A model generated the notes under the pieces. It made no database searches and was not told the DNA's origin. It worked only from the letters and a program-made list of their open reading frames with translations. DNA of 63,862 bases, counting the filler, from Folioceros fuciformis (lineage: Eukaryota), in the NCBI GenBank assembly GCA_049999805.1. It is 8 parts of 8 records of this genome, joined end to end, with 100 filler letters (N's around TTAATTAATTAA, not from the genome) between each part and the next. Parts side by side here need not be neighbours in the genome. Positions count along the whole stretch, not along the records: positions 31,558 to 45,547 come from JBNGIO010003246.1; positions 45,648 to 54,424 come from JBNGIO010003248.1; 6 more parts are not named here. One strand, 5' to 3'. Positions 36,577-46,751 of this stretch are shown here, piece after piece. A program made the translations under genes and the position numbers. Each line of letters opens with the position of its first letter. The stretch's first letter is position 1.

Positions 36577-39216
36577 GAGCATGGCAGGAAGAAGGATGTC
36601 TCTAAAGGTCTCTTTGTCTTTCCAATGCAATCACGCATCACCGGTTCCAAACTTGCTTACCAATGGATGTCATATGCCCAGCAGAACAAGTGGCATGTGC
36701 TCCTTGACGCTTCCGCCCTTGGTCCGAAGGACATGTGCTCTCTTGGACTTTCTCTCTTCCGCCCGGATTTCATTGTAGCATCATTCTTCAAGGTGTTTGG
36801 GTCTGATCCCACTGGCTTCGGCTGTCTCTTCATAAAAAATTCTGCGATGCCTTACTTGCAAACGTCCTATCGGGCAAGAGGGGTGGGCATGGTACGGATT
36901 GTCCCGTATGGAAGCTACCCCTCCCCGGACGTATCTCCCGGCAAAGCCCAACAACAGGAACCTGCACACTCTGATCTAAAAGGAGGCAAGGAGGTCTATG
37001 GGGCTAATGGTCGGGGCGCCAAGCACTTGGCACCTTGCTCGGTACATACAGGAGTGAGTTCTTTCTCTGGTCCTGTACGGGCTGAAAATATGAAACGACC
37101 GTCTGATAGGCCGAGTGGTCTCCTTTCTGAGAATGTGTATGTGGGCTATGCAAAAGCTGCTTACGTTGATGAAAAGAGTGGAAACTCTGAGACCACGTTT
37201 GCATCAGGAAGTCTTTACGCTTCAGGAAGCCTCCCCCCCTCAAGCAGTCTGTATGCCTCTGGTAGTTTCTACCCATCTAGCAGTGCTTTCCCATCTGGAA
37301 GCATATATCCATCTGGTGCCCTCCATACACCTCCGTCCGGTAGTCTGTATTCTAGTACAAGTGACTCAGATAAGTTTCGGAAGGATTCACTGCTGGACCA
37401 ATGGCTGGATGTTGGATTTTCAGGTCCGATGTCACCACATCTGAAGAAAGAAAAATTGAGGCCAAGCTTGTTGCGGGAAACCCGTTTTGCCAGGAGTTCA
37501 GATGACAAGGAGGACAGGAGCAGCCATGACATTCGAGGAGACAACAGTGTACCCAGCAGCAATGATGAACTGCAGAAATCGGTAGGAGAGATGAGCAGAG
37601 GAAGAGGCCAGAGTGATCTCGGTCTGGCAATAAAATCATCCAGCAGGGATGAAGGGGAGATCTTGAAAAGCAGTTCTGGCAATGTTCTTCGAGAGCATGA
37701 GATGTTGGAGTGGACCAGCAGGCATCACCTGGTTGCAAAAGGAAGCAGCTCTCTGAGACCTTCTCAAAAGGAAGTAGAAAGTTCTGATGGTGCAGGTATT
37801 TTTTCAGGTAATCCGCATGAAACGTCCAGTACGACACGGATAAATGAAGTTCTTCAACGGGAGAACAGCTGTGCGAGTTCAGCGCACGACGTTGATGGAA
37901 GTTCTGGGCGTGATAGTTTTACAACTCCCCCAGGGGAGCTACTGGATTTGCACAAAGAGTTTGGCCGGGCAGACATTGATGTTGACGGTGATAACACAGG
38001 AGATGAGAAAGCAAGTGATCAAAGTTTTGGAAGCAGTGTCAGGGTTTTCAATGATCACGAGAGGGACCCCAGGTCCCGTGGCATCTCCTCTGAGGGTACA
38101 GTTTCTTATGATTCACAAGTGCGGAGCACTGTTGGAGCTGAAGAGGGTAGGTCTGCATCAGCTGTTGTGAGCAGTGCCCATATTGGGATGATGGGTTCTG
38201 CGCAACCAGGGTCTGCAGCTAGGCTGAACAACCTGTCCTCAAGAACTGAGAGTAATTCAAGTCTTGGTACTGGAGACACGGGGGATATGAATAGTGAAGT
38301 GGACAAGAGACTAGCAGTTCCAGTTGCGAGACGTGATCCTCTGCCCAGTTTCAAAGAGAACGCTGTGAGTAGAGAGTCTGAAAAGGCGTATGAGATGCTA
38401 GGTTGCAGAGATCGTGAAGCACAAAGAAGACTGCTGGTTATCAAGAGAGAGATCGCTGACATGGATGGAGATGGCACAGATACTTTTGACTTGAGCAGTA
38501 GAGGTTCCTCCTTGAGGCTTGGGAGCCGGGGGGATTCATTGTACAATATTCATGAAGTTTCCTCTGGAGCAACACAATCTGAGGGAAGTGATTACACTGA
38601 TGGTGTCGATGAAGAAGCAGAGGCTGCAGATGATGCTGGCATACCCCAGCCAGCTGTGTTCTGTCAAAGCCTAGACCATGCTGATTTCATGGGTCTGAAT
38701 AGAACAAATATGAGGCAAAGATATCTAAGTTCTTGGCTCATTCACTCTCTCATGAAGTTGGAGCACCCAGGTGGCCGTCACTTAGTGCATATCTATGGCC
38801 CCAATGGTAGAGCTGACAGAGGGCAATCTGTTGCTTTCAACGTGTTTGACTGGAATGGAAACCTGCTGCAGCCAGGGCTAGTGCAGCGGCTTGCAGATCG
38901 CAGCAACATTGCACTTGGACTGGGTTCACTCTGCAACATAGACCTCCCAGACGATGTGAATTTGGTGCCAGGGCTTGTCATTAAGAAAACAGGCATCAAG
39001 CAGGTGGAAACAAGTAGACCTCGAATTAGAGTAGTGACAGCATCTTTGGGCTTTGTTTCGAACTTTGAGGATGTGTACAGATTATGGCATTTTGTAGCCA
39101 AGTTCTTGGACGTCGACTTCCTCTTCAGAGAGGTCTGGTGGTACCACAGCTTGAATCAAGAGACTGTTGATCTAGGTGACGGAAGTGTGGTGCAGGACAA
39201 GTCTCAAACAGGATAA
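36577..39216 (+). CDS. PLP-dependent transferase, molybdenum cofactor sulfurase-like plant family, exon 2 (spliced product ~1276 aa)
   Basis: TTGCAG acceptor ends at 36576. GLFVFPMQSRITG, WHVLLDASALGPKDM, PDFIVASFFKVFG (PLP lysine), LDHAD..GLN, RGQSVAFNVFDW, VVTASLGFVSNFEDVY. Stop TAA 39214-39216. No MOSC domain. Confidence 0.92.
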   Translation, partial: EHGRKKDVSKGLFVFPMQSRITGSKLAYQWMSYAQQNKWHVLLDASALGPKDMCSLGLSLFRPDFIVASFFKVFGSDPTGFGCLFIKNSAMPYLQTSYRARGVGMVRIVPYGSYPSPDVSPGKAQQQEPAHSDLKGGKEVYGANGRGAKHLAPCSVHTGVSSFSGPVRAENMKRPSDRPSGLLSENVYVGYAKAAYVDEKSGNSETTFASGSLYASGSLPPSSSLYASGSFYPSSSAFPSGSIYPSGALHTPPSGSLYSSTSDSDKFRKDSLLDQWLDVGFSGPMSPHLKKEKLRPSLLRETRFARSSDDKEDRSSHDIRGDNSVPSSNDELQKSVGEMSRGRGQSDLGLAIKSSSRDEGEILKSSSGNVLREHEMLEWTSRHHLVAKGSSSLRPSQKEVESSDGAGIFSGNPHETSSTTRINEVLQRENSCASSAHDVDGSSGRDSFTTPPGELLDLHKEFGRADIDVDGDNTGDEKASDQSFGSSVRVFNDHERDPRSRGISSEGTVSYDSQVRSTVGAEEGRSASAVVSSAHIGMMGSAQPGSAARLNNLSSRTESNSSLGTGDTGDMNSEVDKRLAVPVARRDPLPSFKENAVSRESEKAYEMLGCRDREAQRRLLVIKREIADMDGDGTDTFDLSSRGSSLRLGSRGDSLYNIHEVSSGATQSEGSDYTDGVDEEAEAADDAGIPQPAVFCQSLDHADFMGLNRTNMRQRYLSSWLIHSLMKLEHPGGRHLVHIYGPNGRADRGQSVAFNVFDWNGNLLQPGLVQRLADRSNIALGLGSLCNIDLPDDVNLVPGLVIKKTGIKQVETSRPRIRVVTASLGFVSNFEDVYRLWHFVAKFLDVDFLFREVWWYHSLNQETVDLGDGSVVQDKSQTG
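37198..37355 (+). repeat. Coding 18-bp (hexapeptide) degenerate tandem repeat
   Basis: FASGSLYASGSLPPSSSLYASGSFYPSSSAFPSGSIYPSGALHTPPSGSLYSS. Confidence 0.8.
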
Positions 39217-40295
39217 GCTCAAGCTATTTCTAAACGTTTCTTCTGAGTCCAAACAGCAGGTTGTTATTGCTTCTTGGACAATTGGAGGTCACGAGTTACC
39301 ACGTGCGTGAAGCCACTATTAGTGGTGTTTCAAGCTCAGTGTTATTGTTGGTGACGATGCCGCCCATCGCCCGTGCATACAGCTGTATTTTGGCAGGGGT
39401 CACATCTGAAAGGTAGCAGGGATGGTAGCTGCTTTTTCATGTTTGCTGTTGACCAATCCGTGAATGGTTTGCTGAGCGATCTAGTGCTTTTCTCAGATGT
39501 CTGTACCAGCTGCTGGAGGCGTGAACAATTTCCAGCCATCCGGAGGAGAAAGACTGCACTGCACTGCTTCCTTATCATTTGACCTTCCGAGAGGAAGACG
39601 TCATTGCAATCTTGTCTCCATAGCAAATCCAAGCCATATCACCTTGTGGTGGGTTGTTGTAATTTATCCAGTCGGCTCTTGTATCTGCGATTGTTTAGCC
39701 ACAACTCAGTAAGTGGCTGAGATCCTTGGTTACTGAAACAGAAAATTGGCTTCTGTTGACAAACTTCAATGTGAGCTCGTTTTACAGACGTTATGAGTAC
39801 TTTTGCGTGGCAAACTTCAATTTTCGTGCGAAGTGTCAGCAAACTGTGTACTTAGGTGGTCCATATTGAGCAGTCATCGCCAACGCATGAAGCAGGCTCG
39901 GGCATCCACACGATGTGCGTGGTGGTATGGGTTGTAATTTCTACGGTTCGTTGAACGATGGTTGAAATAATCGGTGAGTGCTTCCCTCCGCTCGCGTTGC
40001 AGTGTAGAAATTTATGTGATTCTTTCGAGGAAGGTAAGGTGTGTGAGACTGATGGGATGGAGTTCGTAAGCTGTTTCCTTCGGGAGGGCACATGAAGGTG
40101 TTCGAGTTTAACAGGTTGGGATCCGCTTTCAGAATTTCGCTTCAGCAAGGGGACAGAGGGCTTGGTGATGGACGTCGCATACTAGTGTGAATGAGTGCAG
40201 CTTGGCCTGGCAGCAATCCCGCCCTGCGAATCGTGGACAGCAATAGATGCGACAGAACATTTGCTTGCTACCATGCGAAAATCGTGTTCACTAGA

Positions 40296-41829
40296 CTAGC
40301 ACAAGCATTTCAGGCGGAAAGAGCATTTCAGACGGAAAGATAGACGTTTAGTCGCCCAGCGAAACAAGGACTTCACCTTCTTCCTAGGCTTAGTCTTTGG
40401 AGCACGCCCACCTGTATTCCTGCCGACCAAATCGAACCCTAACCTGACCTCATACAAGAGTGCTTTGGCACGTGGGGGCGTCAAAGTAGGAGGCCACTCT
40501 CCTCCTTCACAGGGCGCGTGGTCAAGAGAAACTCGTGGAGCAAGGGCAATTTGTGGAACATGAGCAGGTTCTATGTTTCTCAAATAAACATTATCATAAC
40601 TGTTCCACCCTCCCTTTCGGTGCTGTTCCCTCCACACCCGTGACATAATTTCCTGCACGTCTGGATGTCCATGCCTCTGTCTCCACACCCCCACCAAAGC
40701 CCTAACGAACGGACTTCCATGAATACCAGACTCGGGCTTGGGGATTGTGAAGGGGATAATGGACTGATCCGAGACATCCCGGAAGTCTGTTAACCAATCG
40801 AGAAGCTCACCATTGAACACACCTGGAGGGACGGAGCATCCCTGGTCATCAGGCTTCTCCTGTCCCCGGTACTTGAATAGCCTCCGACAGCCGGCCAAGA
40901 TGAAGACCTTAGGTTCGCCTGACAGAAGCGGACTTAACAGGAGATGTCGCACTAAATCTTTGTACACGTAAACGGGATATTCATGTTCATCCAAGATAAA
41001 TACTCTACCATGGATATCGACGCACACATCTGCTATCACAAAACACAGGAAGGAGTCACATCCTACCAGAGCATCTGCGTAAGAGTATTTACCCAAATTC
41101 CGCATCACAGTCCTCAGCTCATCAGCTGATCTGTTCTGTATGACATGCACGTCAAACCCAATAACGTGTGCTAGAAATTCCAGCATCGCCCAGTCTGCAG
41201 ATACCCCGGGTCTCCTCTTCTCCATGCTTATCAGAACAGCCAAGCCCGTCCTGCGAACCCTCTTAAGACCTCTCGTGGCTACACTCAGGTCACTATTGTC
41301 ATCCGAATACATGCTGCTCGGACATCTCACGCCCATGGAGGGCAACAGAAGCAGCCTATGCAGGTCCTCATTCTACACCACGATTTGTTCAACACGCTGC
41401 TGCACCCTTCCCATCGTATCCCAAACGTCTTTACCGTGGTGCAGCACCTGATCCATTTTGCTGTTTATGGCTATCACAACTTTCCCAGTCTGCTTCACCT
41501 CAGCCCGGATCTCCCGAACGATCGTCATCTCGTGAACAAGCCCCTGGTTCATTTCCGACACCTGGACCTCCATCCTCTCAAACTCTTCCACAAACTGCTT
41601 CGAAACTGCCTCCTCCATGTCCCTTCCGTCCCCTGCCGTGCGTTTGTCCAGCAGCTCCCGGACCTCCTTCACCAGGATCTGATTGTCTTCTGTCTACTTC
41701 AATATCTTCTCCACCAGGTACCCTTGAGCTGCAACCGAGTCTTGCACCGCAGCCTGCTTTGCAAGGCTTGCCCATGTGGCCTCTGTGGATGCCAGCTCCT
41801 TGAGATCGTGTGTCAAGGTCAGAATGAAA
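40296..41829 (-). pseudogene. Coiled-coil + caspase-like (peptidase C14 p20/p10) protein, disrupted
   Basis: One reading frame with TAG stops at 41694-41696 and 41373-41375. Caspase motifs RTGLAVLI, RPGVSAD, GFDVHVIQN, DSFLCFVI, PLLSGEPKVFILAGCR and GSPFVRAL...DVQEIMSRV. The 5' end is lost at the MULE boundary. Confidence 0.8.
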
Positions 41830-42547
41830 GGTGAAACCAAAAAACAGTGAATAAATATGAGTGGAGAGAGAGTACCGAATATGAGGGATAAAATATTGTC
41901 CCAAAAGTAAAAGTAAGTGTCCCGATCGAGACACCAAGCAAGCGGAGGAGTGCTAGAGCGGGAAGCAAGCGGAGTGCAGAACGGGAACCAGGAATCATAT
42001 CGTGCCTTAAGACCGAAGCGGTCACAATACCAGGAACCATAATGTGCCTTACTACCGAAGCGGTCACAAGAACTATGTGCCTTACGTCCAAAGCGGGCAC
42101 ATTGTGACGTCCAAAATGTACTGTCGTGCCCATGTATCTTGCGGCCTGCGTCTAAATCTCCGAAGCAAGAAATGCATCGGACGGTCTGACGTCCTATGGC
42201 ATGGCATGCCCCATGTCCCATGCCATAGGCTATGCCACGTCCTATGGCATGGCATGGCATGCCCCATGTCCTGGTCTCTCTCTATCACCACGTATAGCCC
42301 GCTTGCATACAACCTAGGTTTCGCCATAAATAAACGGTGGCATAACTTTGAGTATAACCCGCTTGCTGGGTTGAACCGTGCCGTGTGTACAACCATGTGC
42401 ATGTTACAAACTGAATTGAAAACCGTGCGCGGGATCATTCCCTACAAACATGAATAGAGCAAAGCAGGAAGCTCTTGAACCTCATTTTCAATCTTTGCTT
42501 ACCCTAACACAAACACAAGCAAAGAGTGGTGAAGGAGCTTGCACACC

Positions 42548-45110
42548 ATGGAGTGTCCGTTGTTCATTCAATCGCCGACACTTGGGCAGTTCAGTGCAGA
42601 TGATCTAAGTTGACAAGTGGTGAAGGACATGAAGGTTGTTTATATTCCTTGGAGTAGAGTGGATGACTATGTTTCTGGAGAAGGCTTGAGATGCGCTGCA
42701 AGCTTCTACCAAAAGGATTCAAAGAGTGAACATTCCTTGCCTATACCAATTGTGCCATCTCTGGAGATTGCAAGCACATACATTAGGTATGATTGATCTC
42801 CCCCTCCAAGTTGTTGCACTCCATAGCTTTTTCTAACCACATGTTTGTAGGTTACTGTGTTTAAGTTTGACAAGGCTTTTTCTTTGCTAGGTTATGTGCC
42901 CACTAAATCTAACATGATGTAGTTACCAATTTGAAGGGTACACATGCCTAATATATATTTTGACTACCTATGGAGATATTGGTGCTCATATGGACCACAA
43001 GATTATAGAGAAGGCACGACACCGAAGAATGTACGTATGAAAACTGGATGTATGGCAAATTTTGTTGTGAAGCAGTTGCTTTTATTTCCAGATGTGGCTC
43101 AAATCCTCCTTCGTGAAAGAGCGCATGTAGATCGCGAATGTGAGGTTTGTCATGGCCCACAATATGTGGGTCATCCTAAAATGTCTAGAGCTCCTTGGCT
43201 TTTGAAGGAGAAGAAGGATTGGGTGAAACATTGTCTTTATTGCAAGGTTTTTGTGTCGGAGATTATGCCTCGACATATTACAGTTGTGTACGAGAAGATG
43301 GTGCACTATTCTGGACATGGACCTGGAGATGACATTCGAGACGACTACCTGCAACGCAAGGATGTGTTGAACATGAAACGGCAGGTGGAAGTAGATGAGT
43401 GGAAACTCCATGTAGATGATGCAAAGTCAACCCAAATGTGGTTGAAAGTGAATGCTGACCTTATCTTCCATTGGTCAGAGCTGGGTGAACCATTTGTTTT
43501 AGGATTGCAAATTCCTTTCATGCGACAAATGTTGGTTAAGCATGGGATGAATAGTGTTTTAGCCATAGATGTCACATTTGGTATGAACAAGTATCGGTAC
43601 CACTTATTCACTGTGATGGTTTTTGATCAACACCTAAATGGTATTCCAGTTGCTTGGGCACTAACACATGAGGCTACTATCATTTCTTCAGTATCATGGT
43701 TGAAGTTGCTGCAACAAGTACCTCTCAACACATGTGCAACATGGGTTCCTAGTTGTTTTTTAGTTGATGATTGTTTGGCAGAGATAGGTGCATTGAAACA
43801 GGTATGGGAGGCACATATATATGTTGTGTTGTGCTTATGGCATGTTAGGAAGGCATGATAACGAAACCTTTTGAGGAAGGTGAAATGTAGTATTGCAAGG
43901 AAGAAAATTTGGGCTGCTCTTGCAGATATTATGTATGTGAAAGGACATGGCACAAATGAGAATACTGTTGCATGGGGTAGTGTATTATTAGAGTTCTTCT
44001 ATAAGGAGTGGCATGGAAGCCAACTAGCATTTGTTGAGTACTTCAAGAAACAGTGGGGCAAATCTATAGGTATTTTGCTTCTATGTTGCAGTGTCCTTTT
44101 CGTGATTTAAGGGCTGTGTTCTTGGACGTACATTGGGTGAGGAGTATAATGGTTTTTTTTTTTTTTGGCAGATATGTGGTTGAAGAATCGCAGGTTGTAT
44201 CCTCACTCCGGATAGGATACCACGTCCGCATTGGAGGCCTTTCATCGCTTTTTGAAGAAAAGAGTGTCTTTCACTAAAGCAGTGCTACCGGGAAGGCGTA
44301 TGGATTGACTTTTCCATCAACTAGTGAATGAGGTAGGACGTCATTATTGGTACCTTGATTTCACTAAGGCTAGTGGTTACAGGCCAAATTCGAAGCTAGA
44401 GAAGGTATATGAACATGTTTTATTTGCAGCAAGAACCATTCCAGACACAGTTGATACATTTCCGTCAGACGATGGGTTTACTTTGGCATATTGCATGTCC
44501 TTTGAAGATAGTGAGAAAATATATGTAATTTAGGCAGCACACTCACCGTGGGCATTTTGTAGTTGTGCAATGGGGCAAAAAGGTTTTCTATGCAAACATG
44601 TTGTGAAGGTGCAACAAGTTTGTGGTGTATTTGAACATACTTCTCATGTTTTGTGCCTTACATGGTGTACCAATGGATATCATGCTGGGGTAGAGAATGG
44701 AGGTAGTGCATTACCTGACCTCAATGTTGTTGTTGAGACGAATGTGACAGAAATGCATAACCTACAGGAAGTAATGCCGCAAAGCACGACTTGTAGTGTG
44801 ACACCTAGTTTGAGGCAACCCAAAAACTTAGAAGAGTTGAAGTTGGAAAGACGTCGAGACTTGGATGCAATATGTATGAGTATTCCAAGCATGGTCGAAG
44901 CACAACCTGATATTTTGTTTAAGGTTTGTGCAATAATGGAACAAGCACAACATCGTTTTAGGGAGGTTGTGGCTTAGAAGGATGAGGCCTCAAGTAGAAT
45001 GACAAGGATAGAGGAGTTGGTCCCAAACAATGGAACAAACAGGCTAGTACGATTTAGAGGCATTGAAGAACGGTCACGGCCAAGGAAGAAAAAAGGCACT
45101 TGGCAATTAT
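42548..45110 (+). pseudogene. MULE transposase with SWIM zinc finger (At1g60560/At4g13970-like family), intron-containing, with stops
   Basis: IPWSRVDDYV, YWCSYGPQDY, GCMANFVVK, AIDVTFGMNKYRYHLFTVMVFDQHLNGIPVAW, FLVDD, LCLWHVRKA*, SWIM CSC......CKH. Likely introns ~42787-42975 and 44070-44171. Confidence 0.88.
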
Positions 45111-45324
45111 AGAGGATACTACTATGTCATGATCCTTGTAGTGGTGTTATTACAATAGTAGTTGGGGGAGGAGGTTATTCAAGTTATTTGGTGTTTATGT
45201 TTTGTTTGTTGGATGTAAGTGCTTGGTTAGTGTGTAGTCGGGGTACTTTGATGTTTAATGGGGTTGTGATGGTGTTCAACAAATTTGGTGGGTATTAGGT
45301 TAATTTGCTGTTCAATGAGGATGT

Positions 45325-45547
45325 GATGGTGTTCAGCTGATGTAGTGTTAAGGCAAGCTCATTTTGTGTTCAGCTAGGGTGATGTAGTGTTTAGGTAGGC
45401 TGATCTTGTGTTCAGGTAGGTTGTTTTTGTGTGAAGGCAAGCTGATTTTGTGTTCAGCCAGGGTGATGTAGTGTTTAGACAAGTTGATGTAGTGTTCAGC
45501 CAAGGTAATTTGGTGTTCAGGCAAGCTGATTTGGTGTTTAGTAAGGC
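45325..45547. repeat. ~16-bp degenerate tandem array (subterminal repeat)
   Basis: Recurring TGATGTAGTGTT(T/C)AG / AAGCTGATTTTGTGTTCAG units. Confidence 0.8.
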
Positions 45548-45647
45548 NNNNNNNNNNNNNNNNNNNNNNNNNNNNNNNNNNNNNNNNNNNNTTAATTAAT
45601 TAANNNNNNNNNNNNNNNNNNNNNNNNNNNNNNNNNNNNNNNNNNNN
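45548..45647. other. Artificial contig spacer
   Basis: 44 N + TTAATTAATTAA + 44 N. Confidence 0.99.
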
Positions 45648-46751
45648 GGCGACCATCCAGCAAGGAAGAGGCGGCGTCCGCAGACCTTTGAAGACCAGAC
45701 ATCCTCTGAAGTCTCAGGATAGTCTAAGAGGTGGTAGATCCTTGTGGTGGTAGGGCCAGGAGCTCATTGGTGGCAGGTTGTGCTAGAAGTCTAAATAAGT
45801 GGCTAGTGACAGCCGGATAGGCTATTAAAATAATATTTCTCAAGTTAGAGAGAGGTGAAGTCAGAGAGAGAGAGAGGCTCCTATAAGATCAGGTGAGCCT
45901 GTAGGAAGAAGGAGTCATTCACTTTTGGGAGTCAGTCTATCTCTTTGTGAGCTCTTGGAGGTCCTCTCTTCTTGAGCTCTTGTGGTCTGTCCCTGCTTGG
46001 TCTAGGACCTGCAGTGTGTTGCCGGCTGTACAGTGTCTGGTAGGATCGCAGGCAGCGTGTTGCCGGCTGTACAGTGTCTGGTAGGATCGCGGGCAGCGTG
46101 TTGCCGGTTGTATAGTGTCTGGTAGGATCACAAGGTGTAATGACCAGGGTGAAGGGGCTTGCCCCTAGCTCTTGATTGTAAAGGGTGTGTCTTCCTCTCG
46201 ACCTGTCCACTCTTGTTCCTTGCTTGGTCAAGTGTTGTAGGCCGGCCATGTCTCATGGCGTCTGGTAAGGTTGTGGGGAGGAGATACCCAAGAGGGGAGT
46301 GTGTTCCCTTCGTCCTTTTGTTTGGAGTTAGTCTAGTGACTCTTGCCGGGTAGGAGGAGTCCGTAGGGAAGTGTAGAAGGTAGTGGTGTCGTTGCTGGTT
46401 GCTGGTAGTTGTTGGTGTTGGTGCTGGAGTAAGAGAGTGAGTGAAGTGAGTGAGGGAAGTCACAGATCTGAGAGGTTAGGGTCGTTGTAGTGACAAGAGT
46501 GAGTTTGTGGGCACCGAGAGAGGTGCAGCTGACCGCCGGACAGCGAGGCCTGTCCTACGCCTGATCGGAGCTGGAGGGGAGCCCTCGAATCCATCATCAA
46601 GTCGATCAAGTCCGACCCTCCATCCACAGCAGCAAGGAACCCCATCGCTCCTTCGTGGGAACGAAACCCAATGTCTCAACGACAGTGGGATAAGTGTGGC
46701 CACTAAAGGTGGAACCCGTCGGCAATCAGTGCCCGGGGTTTTGCCTCCACA
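45648..46751 (+). mobile_element. Terminal 1.1 kb of a TGTGGAG/CTCCACA-family LTR, inserted in a copia protease
   Basis: Ends CTCCACA at 46751, exactly where similarity to the paralog at 11270 stops. Shares CCTTCGTGGGAACGAAACCC..CAACGACA..GTGTGGCC with 21260-21347 and the reverse complement of 14278-14365. CTATAAG at 45881. Confidence 0.8.
46011..46129. repeat. 41-bp tandem repeat x3
   Basis: GCAG(C/T)GTGTTGCCGGCTGTACAGTGTCTGGTAGGATC starting at 46011, 46052 and 46093. Confidence 0.95.

Larger units (their letters stand above)
41830..45547 (+). mobile_element. Mutator-like (MULE) DNA transposon, right end cut by contig end
   Basis: Transposase remnant flanked by subterminal repeat arrays (41985-42105, 45325-45547). 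The left boundary is inferred from the abrupt end of the caspase frame. No TIR pair or TSD can be checked. Confidence 0.7.

Noticed and set aside
35062-39216. Gene symbol ABA3/MOCOS
   Set aside because: No C-terminal MOSC domain; the motifs fit the related uncharacterised plant PLP family.
40296-41345. Ordinary plant metacaspase
   Set aside because: It lacks LxGCxND, YSGHG and DACHSG; the motifs follow the caspase p20/p10 pattern instead.
41830-42260. N-terminal part of ORF 41694-42260 as real protein
   Set aside because: It translates MULE subterminal repeats (CDRFG, CHAIGR repeats); only the part below ~41829 looks like genuine coding sequence.
46476-46751. Novel C-terminal extension of gag-protease ORF 46476-47570
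   Set aside because: It is read-through into an inserted LTR starting at 46751; the paralog at 11270 continues as normal pol.
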